Positions 12,568 to 21,491 of a stretch of DNA of 64,000 nucleotides are shown here, in pieces. How positions within the stretch are numbered: the first letter of the stretch is position 1; each line of letters opens with the position of its first letter. This DNA comes from Vulcanimicrobiota bacterium (lineage in GTDB: Bacteria > Vulcanimicrobiota > Vulcanimicrobiia > Vulcanimicrobiales > Vulcanimicrobiaceae). The stretch covers positions 128,001-192,000 of the forward strand of contig OY968762.1 of assembly GCA_963695225.1 (NCBI GenBank), in the 5' to 3' direction. A model generated the notes under the pieces. That model was not told the origin of the DNA and searched no databases. It saw nothing but the letters and a program-made list of their open reading frames with translations. A program made the translations under genes and the position numbers.

Positions 12568-13733
12568 GGTGCGAGGACCTCCTTCTCGAAAGGAACGCTG
12601 CGATCGAAGCCGAGCGCCGGCCGCCCGGCGGTCCAGGTTTGGCGCACGATCGGGTAGGCGTCGCGCCGTTCGATCGCCGCGAGATCGGCGCGCATCCCGG
12701 GCGCGATCTCGCCGCGATCGTGCAGCCCGGCGATGCGGGCCGGACCGCTCGTCACGAGCGCGAGCGCGCGGGGCAGAGCGCACGCTCCCTCGGCGGCGAG
12801 CGCGTACGCCGCGCCGAACATCGAGGGCGGATGATAATCCGAGGCGAGTGCGTCGAGCGTCCCGTTCGCGAGCGCCTCGCGCGCCGAGAGGTTCGTGACG
12901 TGCGAGCGCCCTCGCCGCGCGTTCGGCGCGCCCATCACGACGCCGAGGCCGCGCGCGATCGCAACCGCGGCAGCTTCCGCGTTGACGGGGAACTCGCTGA
13001 TCGCGACGCCGAGCCGCACTGCCCGCTCGATCGCGGCGGGGCTGTCGTCGTCGTGCGAGGCGAGGGCCGCGCCGTGCGCGGCGGCGAGCGCCGCGATCTG
13101 CTCGCGCATCGCTTCCGCGCGGCGTTGCCCGGCGCGCTTGGCATCGAGCCGCTGCTCCACGAACTCTTCGCTCGCGCCGGCGCGGCTATTGTAGAAGGCG
13201 CGCCAATCGGCTTCTTCGGGGTATTGGCCTTGGCCGGGCGTGTGGTCCATGTACGAAACGAGCGCGACCAGCCCGCCTTCCAGCATGCTGCGCATCAGGT
13301 CGCTCGAGTCGCGCGTCACGTCGACGCGCAGGTGGATCCGGTACTCGCTGCGCAGGGCGGGGCGGATGCGGCGCAGCGTCGCTTCCGTCTCGATCGCGCG
13401 CTCGTCATAGCGGTGCTTGGCCGCGTCGTCGTCGAGCGAGATGCACAGGTAGTTCGTCGTGATCCCGTGCGCGAGGACGAGCGCGTCCAAGTCGTAGAGC
13501 GCCGCCTCCAGCGGGATGTGCGCAGAGGGACGCGGGTGCGCGAGCGTTTCCAGGCAGTCCGAGTGGAGGTCGACGGCGCCGGGGACGAGATCGACCTCGC
13601 CGAGTTCGACGCGGCGCGCGCCGGGCGGCGGCGCGTCGCCGACGGCGGCGATCCGTTCCCCCTCGAGCGTGACCCACGCGTCCTCGAGGATGCGCTCGCC
13701 GGCGACGGCGCGGGCCGCGTGCAGCGCGATCAT
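12564..13733 (-). CDS. phnM: alpha-D-ribose 1-methylphosphonate 5-triphosphate diphosphatase
   Basis: PGAVDLHSD, MDHTPGQGQ, ASHDD, SEFP, MGAPN, LASDYHP. Confidence 0.95.
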   Translation of the reverse strand: MIALHAARAVAGERILEDAWVTLEGERIAAVGDAPPPGARRVELGEVDLVPGAVDLHSDCLETLAHPRPSAHIPLEAALYDLDALVLAHGITTNYLCISLDDDAAKHRYDERAIETEATLRRIRPALRSEYRIHLRVDVTRDSSDLMRSMLEGGLVALVSYMDHTPGQGQYPEEADWRAFYNSRAGASEEFVEQRLDAKRAGQRRAEAMREQIAALAAAHGAALASHDDDSPAAIERAVRLGVAISEFPVNAEAAAVAIARGLGVVMGAPNARRGRSHVTNLSAREALANGTLDALASDYHPPSMFGAAYALAAEGACALPRALALVTSGPARIAGLHDRGEIAPGMRADLAAIERRDAYPIVRQTWTAGRPALGFDRSVPFEKEVLAP

Positions 13734-14431
13734 GCCGCCGCCACCACGCCGGAGCGCATCGTAGCGACGCGGTCGACGAGACTCGGCAGCCCGGGGATCT
13801 CGTGCGAGACCGCGAGCATCGTTACGCCCGCGCGTTTGCGCTCGAGCAGGACGCGCAGGACGGCACGGCGCCGTTCCGGGTCGAGCGAGGCCGTCACTTC
13901 GTCGAGGAGGAGCAACGGGCGCGGGAGCGATAGCGCGAGCGCCACGTTGAGAATCTGCCGCTGCCCGCCGGAGAACGTCGCGGGCGGGACGTCGAACAAT
14001 TCGCGCGGCAGGCCCAGCGCCCCGAGCAGGTCGGCCGCCGCGTCTGCGTCGAGTCCGTTTTCGCGGAGGAGATCGATCGCCGCGACGCGCGGGACGACCG
14101 CGAGGAATTGCGTCGCCAGCCCGACGTGCGTGCGGCGTAGCGCGAGCATCGTCCGTTCGTCGACGGAGGCGAGATCGCGTTCGAGGCTGCCGGAACGCAG
14201 CACGATCGAGCCGGCGTCGGCGAGGCAGCTTCGGTAGATGCAGCGCAGCAACGAGCTCTTTCCCGAGCCGCTCGCGCCCTGCAAGAGCGTGAACGTCCCC
14301 GGATAGAGGACGAGGTCGACGCCCCGCAGCACGTCGAGCCGCTTTCCGTCGAAGAGATGCCGCGTGAAGCTCTTCCGCAAACCGGAGATCGTCAGCTTGA
14401 CGGGGGGCGATGCGAGGCACGTCGTGGTCAT
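13730..14431 (-). CDS. phnL: C-P lyase ABC ATPase subunit
   Basis: KSFTRH, GASGSGKS, QFLAVVPRV, PATFSGGQRQ. Confidence 0.9.
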   Translation of the reverse strand: MTTTCLASPPVKLTISGLRKSFTRHLFDGKRLDVLRGVDLVLYPGTFTLLQGASGSGKSSLLRCIYRSCLADAGSIVLRSGSLERDLASVDERTMLALRRTHVGLATQFLAVVPRVAAIDLLRENGLDADAAADLLGALGLPRELFDVPPATFSGGQRQILNVALALSLPRPLLLLDEVTASLDPERRRAVLRVLLERKRAGVTMLAVSHEIPGLPSLVDRVATMRSGVVAAA

Positions 14432-15240
14432 ACGAGTTGCGCGCTCACGAGCAATTGCGAGTACGGGTGCTGCGGATCGCCGAGAACTTGGTCGGTGAGG
14501 CCGTGCTCGACGATGTGCCCGCGCCGCATGACGATGAGGCGGTCGGCGAGCATGCGGATCACGGCCAGGTCGTGCGAGACGACGACCATCGCAAGCCGGT
14601 GCTCGCGCTGGATGCGCCGGATCAGGTCGAGGATCTTCGCCTGCACGGAGACGTCGAGCCCCGACGTCGGTTCGTCGAGCAAGAGCGCGGCGGGCGCCGT
14701 CGCGAGCGCTTTCGCGAGTTGCACGCGCTGCCGCATCCCGCCGCTGAACGCGACGACGGGGACGTCGAAGCGGTCGGCCGGGAGCTCCATCGAAAGGTGC
14801 AAATCCCGCGCGTGCGCGCGCACGCTCTCGTACGAACGGGAACCGGCTCCGAGCATGCGTTCGGCGATGTTCCCGCCGGCGGTTACGTCGAATTGCAGGC
14901 CTTGCGCCGGCGTTTGATAGACGATCCCGAGCGCCTCGGCGCGCAGGCGGCGGCGCCGGGCGCCGCGGACGTCCGTCACGTCGACGCCCGCGAGTTCGAC
15001 CCGCCCCGACGTCGGCGCCATGTCGAGGTTCGCGCAGGCGAGGACGGTCGATTTCCCCGAACCGGACTCGCCGACGATTCCCAGCACTTCGCCCGGGTAG
15101 ACGTTGAAGCTCACGTCGCGGCATGCGTACACGGTCCCGCATGCCGCGCAGCGCGGCGGCGTCGCGAGCTCGCTCGCGCATGCGGCGCAGCCGTTGCCGT
15201 GCCGCACGGTGACGCGCTCGAGCGCGAGTGCCGGCGTCAC
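14428..15240 (-). CDS. phnK: C-P lyase ABC ATPase subunit
   Basis: GIVGESGSGKS, FSGGMRQRVQLAKAL, GLTDQVLGDPQHPYSQLLV; N-terminal CxxC...CxxC. Confidence 0.92.
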   Translation of the reverse strand: MTPALALERVTVRHGNGCAACASELATPPRCAACGTVYACRDVSFNVYPGEVLGIVGESGSGKSTVLACANLDMAPTSGRVELAGVDVTDVRGARRRRLRAEALGIVYQTPAQGLQFDVTAGGNIAERMLGAGSRSYESVRAHARDLHLSMELPADRFDVPVVAFSGGMRQRVQLAKALATAPAALLLDEPTSGLDVSVQAKILDLIRRIQREHRLAMVVVSHDLAVIRMLADRLIVMRRGHIVEHGLTDQVLGDPQHPYSQLLVSAQLV

Positions 15241-16097
15241 GGCGCTTCCCGCCTGCGGCGGCAGCGATCGACGTCCGAGCAGACCAGGCGAGGCGATCCG
15301 GCCGCGTCTTCCTCCTGCAAGTAGGTCTCCGTCGCGCCGCACAGCGCGCACGGCCCGGAGAAGCGCTCGATCTCGAACGGCCGGTCGTCGAAGCGCAGCG
15401 GTGCGACCGCCGTGTAGGGCGGCACCGCGTAAACCTTCGCCTCGCGCCCCGCGCCGAAGAGCGAGAGGAACGGAGCTTCGTTCAGGCGCGGAATGTCGTG
15501 CCGCGGGATCGGCGTCGGCGCCATGATGTAACCGCCTTCGACTTCGACCGGATAACTGTGCGCGAACGACGGTTGACCGACGCGAGCCATGTCTTCGTAG
15601 AGATACAGCCAGATCGGCGCGTAATCGCGCTCGGCGTGCAGGCGCCGCGCCACGGAGTCCCGCGCGTCGACGACCCGCAGCGGGTCCGAGGTCGGGACTT
15701 GGAACACGACGATCTGCCCTTCGTGCAAGTCGTCTTCCGGGATGCGATGGCGCGTCTGGATGACCGTCGCCTCGCGCGCGTCGGTCGTCGTTGCGACGCC
15801 CGTCGTCTGCACGATGAGATCGCGCAGCGAGACGGCGTTCATGCTGTCGTCGCTCCCCTGATCGATGACCTTGAGCGTGTCGCCGGGTTCGACGATCGAG
15901 AGCGTGACTTGGAGCCCGCCGCTCCCCCAGCCGCGCGCGACCGGCATCTCGCGCGACGCGAACGGGACTTGATAGCCGGGGATGCAGACCGCCTTGAAAA
16001 GCGCGCGCCGGATCTCCCGCTTCGAGCTCTCGTCGAGATAGGCCCAGGCATAACCGCTCGAGCCGTGCTCGCGCGCGAGCTCCGCGAGACCGCTCAC
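15237..16097 (-). CDS. phnJ: C-P lyase catalytic radical SAM subunit
   Basis: KAVCIPGYQVPFASREMP, GWGSGG, KVIDQGSDD, IQTRHRIPE, C-terminal CxxC...CSDVDRC. Confidence 0.96.
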   Translation of the reverse strand: MSGLAELAREHGSSGYAWAYLDESSKREIRRALFKAVCIPGYQVPFASREMPVARGWGSGGLQVTLSIVEPGDTLKVIDQGSDDSMNAVSLRDLIVQTTGVATTTDAREATVIQTRHRIPEDDLHEGQIVVFQVPTSDPLRVVDARDSVARRLHAERDYAPIWLYLYEDMARVGQPSFAHSYPVEVEGGYIMAPTPIPRHDIPRLNEAPFLSLFGAGREAKVYAVPPYTAVAPLRFDDRPFEIERFSGPCALCGATETYLQEEDAAGSPRLVCSDVDRCRRRREAP

Positions 16098-17173
16098 GCC
16101 GGCTCCTCGGCGCCGGCTATCGCGCGGCTCGCGCGGACGCGATCGAGATCGGAGGTGAACGTGACGTAATGCGGCAGCTTGAGGTGTTCGACGAAGCCGG
16201 AGGCCTCTTGTCCGTCGAGAGCGATCGTGATGAACTCCTCGTCGTCGCAGGGGTTCCGCTCGCCGTCGGGATCGAGCGAGGCGCGCGCGCAGCCCGCGTC
16301 GAGCATCGCCGCCGCGATCGCCCGGCGCTCGACCCGTCCGGGCGTCGCGCCGAAGCCGAGCGTCAGACGCGCGTCGGCGCCGCCGTCGTCGTGCATGCGG
16401 TACAACACCACGTCGGCGAACGTCGCGGGGACCTCGCCGATCGTGAACTCTCCGCCCCCGGGCCGTTGCATCCGGATCGGAAGCATCCCCGAGCGGAAAT
16501 CGATCAACGTGGGATCTTGGCGATGCCCGTACCCACGAATCGCGGTGTACGCCAGCGCCGTCATCGAGCCGGTTTCGGCGCGCGCGAGGAACTGCAGCAG
16601 CGCCCCGCGGCCGCCGTCGGCCCGCTTGACCCGCGTGATGTCGCGCGGCTCCGCGCTCCGCTCGATCTCGATCAGGCCTTCGTCCTGCAGCGGGCCGATC
16701 GTCCCCGGAAATTCGGAGGGCACCGTTTCGTCCGAGCCTGCCGGCGAAACATCCGCCTTCCCGTTCGGCGTCGTGCGGGGCGGCTCGGCCCCGAGTTGCA
16801 GCAGCCGCTGCGCGTAGTCGAGCGAGGCTCCCAAGTATTGTCCGCCGGGCGGCTGCGAGAAGCCGGGCGTGATGCGGCGCAACGCTCGCAACTCGCTCGC
16901 CGCGACGCGCGCTTCGTGCAGGCGCGGCAAGGTCGCGGCCCACGCGCGGACGAGCGAGACCGCCCGCACGAGATCGCCTTGCGCTTGGCGCAACGCGCGC
17001 GCGCAGAGGACCGGTTCGACGACGCCCGCTTCCGCGACGACTTGGTCGACGAGGAGCGGATACCGCGCGAGGAACGTCGAGATCTCGTCGCCCGAGACGT
17101 CGCGCACTTCGCCCGCCAACTCGGCGGCGGCGACGACGGCGTCGGTGCGGTTCGCAACCGAAGTGTACCCCAT
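16094..17173 (-). CDS. phnI: C-P lyase complex subunit PhnI
   Basis: RALRQAQGD, PGGQYLGASLDY, ASGFVEHLKLPHYVTF. Confidence 0.94.
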   Translation of the reverse strand: MGYTSVANRTDAVVAAAELAGEVRDVSGDEISTFLARYPLLVDQVVAEAGVVEPVLCARALRQAQGDLVRAVSLVRAWAATLPRLHEARVAASELRALRRITPGFSQPPGGQYLGASLDYAQRLLQLGAEPPRTTPNGKADVSPAGSDETVPSEFPGTIGPLQDEGLIEIERSAEPRDITRVKRADGGRGALLQFLARAETGSMTALAYTAIRGYGHRQDPTLIDFRSGMLPIRMQRPGGGEFTIGEVPATFADVVLYRMHDDGGADARLTLGFGATPGRVERRAIAAAMLDAGCARASLDPDGERNPCDDEEFITIALDGQEASGFVEHLKLPHYVTFTSDLDRVRASRAIAGAEEPA

Positions 17174-17730
17174 CAGCCGCCGGTCCCGATGCGCGTCGTG
17201 CGCGGCAGCGCGCGGATCGTCCCGCGCGCATCGATGAAGACGATGTCGATGCCGGTCGGGAACTCCGCGCAGGCGCGCGCGCGAGCTTCGATCGCCGCGC
17301 GCGAGAGCGGGAGTGTAGCGCCGCGGGGGCCGTCGAGGCCCGGGCCATCGAGCGTGACGCGTTCTTCCGGCGCGCCGTCGACGGAGAGGGCGAAGATCGT
17401 CGCCCCGCCTTCGGGGGATTCGGCATGTCCGCGCTTAGCGGCCTCGATCACGCCGGGCTCGAGCTCGCCGCGCACCGCGAGGACGTGCGCCTCCTCGAGC
17501 GCGACCGCGTTCGGGAGCGGGAGCCGGATGGACGCATCGGACCATGCGGGCGTGCGCTCGTCGTAGACGGCCTCGACGAACAGCGCGAGCGCGGCATCGC
17601 CGCTCGCGCCGGCGGGATCGAGCGGTGATTCCGCGCGCGTCCCGGGAGCGGCCAGCGCGCCGAGCAGCGTGCGAAACGCGCGGTGCCTCAGCCGCACGCG
17701 CGCCGTCGTCTGTCCGGAGGAAATCGTCAT
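17173..17730 (-). CDS. phnH: C-P lyase complex subunit PhnH
   Basis: FRTLLGALAAPG, PEGGAT, FPTGIDIVF, ALPRTT (alternative TTG start at 17736). Confidence 0.88.
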   Translation of the reverse strand: MTISSGQTTARVRLRHRAFRTLLGALAAPGTRAESPLDPAGASGDAALALFVEAVYDERTPAWSDASIRLPLPNAVALEEAHVLAVRGELEPGVIEAAKRGHAESPEGGATIFALSVDGAPEERVTLDGPGLDGPRGATLPLSRAAIEARARACAEFPTGIDIVFIDARGTIRALPRTTRIGTGG

Positions 17731-17732
17731 CG

Positions 17733-18119
17733 TCAAACCTTCGTTCTCGCGATCCGGCGCGAGCGTGCCGTCCGGCTCTCTTCCTCGATCGAGAGCGAGC
17801 GTTGCGCGAGCTCGAGCGTCCGTTCGCAAGCGCGCGCATCACAGAGCGCCGCCGCGAGCGCGGCTTCGGCATCCCAGCCGAGGACGCAACCCCAGCCATC
17901 CCCGCCGCCGGCGCGCACGCGCGCCGTCGTGACGACGACCTCGGAGAAGTAGAACGAACCGACCGCCGTGCTCAGCCGGACGATGATCGAGCCGGCCGCG
18001 GGGGCGTCGAGGACCTCGACTGCCGCACCGCGCGCGAACTCGTCCGCGAGCGAGAGCAGCGCGTCGCGTTCGACGCGCGCCGCGGCGGCAAGGCCCTCCG
18101 AACGCAGTTCCGGGCTCAC
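17733..18119 (-). CDS. phnG: C-P lyase complex subunit PhnG
   Basis: FYFSEVVVTTARV, AALCDA and TKV C-terminus; position in the operon. Confidence 0.85.
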   Translation of the reverse strand: MSPELRSEGLAAAARVERDALLSLADEFARGAAVEVLDAPAAGSIIVRLSTAVGSFYFSEVVVTTARVRAGGGDGWGCVLGWDAEAALAAALCDARACERTLELAQRSLSIEEESRTARSRRIARTKV

Positions 18120-18850
18120 TCGGGCGCCCCCATCTCGAAGACGATGTTGAAGACGTCGGCGCGAAGCCACGACGTCGTCGTCTCGATCGGGCGGCCGAGT
18201 TTCTTCGACGAGGAGACGCCGGTGAGCTTGAGGACCATCGGGCGTCCCTCCTTTCCGAGGCGCTCCGCGATCGGCGCCGGTGCGAAGATGAACTCCGCTT
18301 GCGACCAGCTACGGACGGGAGCGAGGTCGAACGTGCGGGCCAGCGTCTCGTGCAGCGAGGCGTCGTGCTGCATCCGCTCCGCGAACATCGGAACGAGCTC
18401 GGGGACGAGCCAGGTGTCGGCGCATGCGGCGATCTCGTCGTCGACGAACCGTATGCGGGAAAGGAAGAGCGCGCGGCGGTTGGGGCCCAAGTGCAGCAGC
18501 GCCCGAATCGCGCGAGGCGGGTTGCGCAGCTGCAAACGAACGGTCTGCGAGCGCGGCGTCGCTCCGGAGGCGCGCACGCTTTCGCTCCAGCTCGGCGTAC
18601 GGTCCGGCCCGATGCGATAGGGGATGCGCCGCGAGACGAGCGTGCGCTTCCCCTGCGTGCGGTGGACGAGGTAGCGGCGCTCCAGCTCGTCGAGCGAGGC
18701 GCGCGCCGTGAGCCGGCTGACGCGATGCGTGCGCGCGAGCTCGTTCTCCGAGGGAAGCTCCGTGCCGGCGGGGCGCCGCGCGATCGCCGATTCGAGCTCG
18801 TCCGCAACTTGCAGGTAGATCGGGCCGGGCCGCGCGGAGCGCTTCTGCAT
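18116..18850 (-). CDS. phnF: GntR/HutC family regulator with UTRA domain
   Basis: YLQVADELE...LPSENELA...VSRLTAR; embedded in the phn operon. Confidence 0.88.
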   Translation of the reverse strand: MQKRSARPGPIYLQVADELESAIARRPAGTELPSENELARTHRVSRLTARASLDELERRYLVHRTQGKRTLVSRRIPYRIGPDRTPSWSESVRASGATPRSQTVRLQLRNPPRAIRALLHLGPNRRALFLSRIRFVDDEIAACADTWLVPELVPMFAERMQHDASLHETLARTFDLAPVRSWSQAEFIFAPAPIAERLGKEGRPMVLKLTGVSSSKKLGRPIETTTSWLRADVFNIVFEMGAPE

Positions 18851-19645
18851 TTAGTGGATTCTCCGCCGGAGATAGACGGCGAGCGCCTCGACGCCGACGA
18901 TCATCGCGCCCATGACGATCAGGAGCATCGTGAGTTGGCGGTACTGAAAGAGATTGAGCGCCGCTTCGATCTGCAAGCCGAGCCCGCCGCCCCCGACGAA
19001 CCCGAGGACGAGCGAGGAGCGAACGTTCGTGTCCATGCGATAGAGCGTGAGGCCGATGAGGGACGGCAACACCGTCGGGATGACCGCTTGACTCGCGACC
19101 TGCAGCCGGTTCGCGCCCATGACGGTCAACGCGTGGACGGGGCCCATGTCGACGTCCTCGATCGCTTCGGCATAGAGCCGCGCGAGGACGCCGGTCGAGT
19201 GAACGGCGAGACCGACCGTCGCGGCGAACGGCCCGAGCCCGACCGCCGTCACGAAGATCAGCGCCCAGACGACGTCCGGGATCGTGCGGCAGATGCTGAT
19301 GAAGCCGCGCGCGATCCCGTAGCCGGCGCGGCTCGGCGTGATGTTGTCGGCGGCGAGGAGCGCGAGCGGGAGCGAGACGACGGTCGATGCGGCCGTGCCG
19401 AGGATCGCGACGTCGAGCGTCACGAGGGACCCCCAGACCGCGTCTTTGACGATCTCGGCGTCGGGAGGCAAACCGCGTATGACGATCCCGAGGATGTTCG
19501 GAAACCCGCTGAAGAGGTCGCGCAGGTTGACCTCGACGACGAACCACGATTGCACGAGGATCGCGACGAGGACGAGCGCGATCGCGACCTTGGTCGCGAC
19601 CTGCGATGCGCGCGGCCGGGAGGCGCCCGTCGCCAGCGCCGTCAC
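18851..19645 (-). CDS. phnE: phosphonate ABC transporter permease
   Basis: RTIPDVVWALIF, YAEAIED, DTNVRSSLVLGFVGGGGLG. Confidence 0.93.
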   Translation of the reverse strand: MTALATGASRPRASQVATKVAIALVLVAILVQSWFVVEVNLRDLFSGFPNILGIVIRGLPPDAEIVKDAVWGSLVTLDVAILGTAASTVVSLPLALLAADNITPSRAGYGIARGFISICRTIPDVVWALIFVTAVGLGPFAATVGLAVHSTGVLARLYAEAIEDVDMGPVHALTVMGANRLQVASQAVIPTVLPSLIGLTLYRMDTNVRSSLVLGFVGGGGLGLQIEAALNLFQYRQLTMLLIVMGAMIVGVEALAVYLRRRIH

Positions 19646-20436
19646 GCCACGTCCGAGTGATACAGCGCGTTGAGATCGTTCAGGTGCACGTCGTCGTTGT
19701 GGGCGTCGAGGACGATCTTGCCGGCGCGCAGCCCGATGATGCGATCGGCATAGCGGCGCGCGAGATCGAGCTGATGCAAGACGACGACGACGGCCAAGCG
19801 CTCGCGATGGGCGAGCGCCGCTAGAAGTTGCATGATGTCGTTCGCCGCATCGGGATCGAGGCTTGCGACCGGCTCGTCGGCGAACAGGATGCTCGGGTCT
19901 TGAAACAGCGCTCGGGCGACTGCGACGCGCTGCGCTTGCCCTCCGGAGAGCGTGTCGACGCGCTGTTCGGCGACGGCGCTCATGCCGACGCGTTCGAGAT
20001 ACGGGAGCGCGCGCGCGATCTCGCTCTTCGGGAGGAACCCGAACCACGTCTGCATGCCGCGCTCTCGCCCGAGGCAGCCCGTTGCGACGTTGGCGAGCGA
20101 GCTGCGGCGCGGAACGAGATTCGCGCGCTGGAAGATCACGCCCATCCGGCGGCGCGCCGCGCGCAGGCGGGCACCGGATATCCCCGTCAAGTCCACGCCG
20201 TCGACGACCACCGACCCCGACGTGGGGTCGGTGAGCCGAACGACGCAACGGACGAGCGAGGTCTTTCCACTTCCGTTGGGACCGAGGATGACGGTCACGT
20301 GCCCCGGGTACGCGACGAGCGAGACGCCGTCGAGCGCGAGCGTTCCGTTAGGATAGCGCTTGCTCAACGCGCGAATCTGAAGGCGCGGAGACGAATCCGG
20401 TTCGGGAGTCGGCGCGTCCTCGGGGCTTGCGAGCAT
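19642..20436 (-). CDS. phnC: phosphonate ABC transporter ATPase
   Basis: GPNGSGKT, LSGGQAQRVAVARAL, ADEPVASLDP. Confidence 0.93.
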   Translation of the reverse strand: MLASPEDAPTPEPDSSPRLQIRALSKRYPNGTLALDGVSLVAYPGHVTVILGPNGSGKTSLVRCVVRLTDPTSGSVVVDGVDLTGISGARLRAARRRMGVIFQRANLVPRRSSLANVATGCLGRERGMQTWFGFLPKSEIARALPYLERVGMSAVAEQRVDTLSGGQAQRVAVARALFQDPSILFADEPVASLDPDAANDIMQLLAALAHRERLAVVVVLHQLDLARRYADRIIGLRAGKIVLDAHNDDVHLNDLNALYHSDVA

Positions 20437-20448
20437 CGGTTCCCGTTC

Positions 20449-21354
20449 CTACTGCTTCGAGAGGTCGATGTTGAGCGTCGAGACGAGATCGCGGATCGGA
20501 TCGTAGAGCGAGTCGTTGATCGCGACGAACTTGTGGCCGTAGCCCGCGAGAACGTTCTTCGGATCGATGCCCGTGAGATCGAGCGCGAGGAACGCCGCGG
20601 CGACCTTGCTCTTGAACGCGGGCGACAGGTCTGAACGAACCGCGATCGGATCGTTCGCGATCGGCGCCGAGCGCCACAGCGTGAGATAGTCGTCCTTGTT
20701 GTATTCGCCGTTCTTCGTGACGGTCGCTTCGGTTTGGCTATTGAGCTCGCCGGCGTCGACCTTCTTGTTCTTGATCGCTTCGAATGATGCCGTGTGGCTG
20801 CCCGCGTACACGCCCTTGACGCCGGTGTCGGGATTGATGCCGGCCTTCTTGAAGGCGAACGCCGGAAGGAGATGGCCGGAGGTCGAGTCGGGATCGGAGT
20901 ATGCGAACGAATGTCCGGCGACTTGCGCGAGGGTCGTGATGCCGGAGGTCTTCGCCGTGACGATGCTCGCGGTGTACGTGATGGGCTGGCCCTTCGCATC
21001 GGCATAGCTGGCGAAGGCATCGGCCTTCGCGATCTGATGCGCGAGGACGTAACCTAGCGGGCCGAATTCGGCGATCTCGAGCTTGCCGGCGCGCATCGCT
21101 TCGATTTCGGCGTTGTAGCTCGTCGTGATGTAAACCTCGACCTTGCAGCCGAGCTTTTCTTCGAGCAACTTTCCGGCGGCTTGGAAGACCGGAAGCAGCA
21201 TCGGCGCGGATTCGAACGGCTCTACGCCGAACCGCACGGTCCCGCCGTTCGGACAATCGGCGTTTGCGGCGCGCGATGCCGTCGTCGAGCCGACGAACGC
21301 CACCGCCGCGAAGAGGAGTGAAGCCGCTACTGCGGCGGCCCGTTTGCGAAACAT
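20449..21354 (-). CDS. phnD: phosphonate ABC transporter substrate-binding protein
   Basis: Signal peptide; YNAEIEAMR, DPDSTSGHLLP, GSH. Confidence 0.92.
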   Translation of the reverse strand: MFRKRAAAVAASLLFAAVAFVGSTTASRAANADCPNGGTVRFGVEPFESAPMLLPVFQAAGKLLEEKLGCKVEVYITTSYNAEIEAMRAGKLEIAEFGPLGYVLAHQIAKADAFASYADAKGQPITYTASIVTAKTSGITTLAQVAGHSFAYSDPDSTSGHLLPAFAFKKAGINPDTGVKGVYAGSHTASFEAIKNKKVDAGELNSQTEATVTKNGEYNKDDYLTLWRSAPIANDPIAVRSDLSPAFKSKVAAAFLALDLTGIDPKNVLAGYGHKFVAINDSLYDPIRDLVSTLNIDLSKQ

Positions 21355-21389
21355 ATGCTCCCTCTATCTCGAGAAGTTACAACTCAACG

Positions 21390-21401
21390 TTGTATAGATA
21401 A
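21390..21401. promoter_or_regulatory. putative PhnF (HutC-type) operator TTGTATAGATAA
   Basis: Near-palindrome resembling the HutC-subfamily GTNTANAC core, about 40 nt upstream of phnD. Confidence 0.5.
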
Positions 21402-21417
21402 GAGGGTAGGCAGAAGG

Positions 21418-21447
21418 GAATTAACGGGGACTTAAGATGCGGTTATC
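21418..21447 (-). promoter_or_regulatory. putative Pho box (three 11-bp-spaced repeats)
   Basis: Minus strand reads GATAACCG-cat-CTTAAGTC-ccc-GTTAATTC, in an AT-rich island upstream of phnD. Confidence 0.45.
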
Positions 21448-21491
21448 CTTCGCAATTTTTTTCGCGGGCGCCGCAAACTCGCGGCCGCGAA

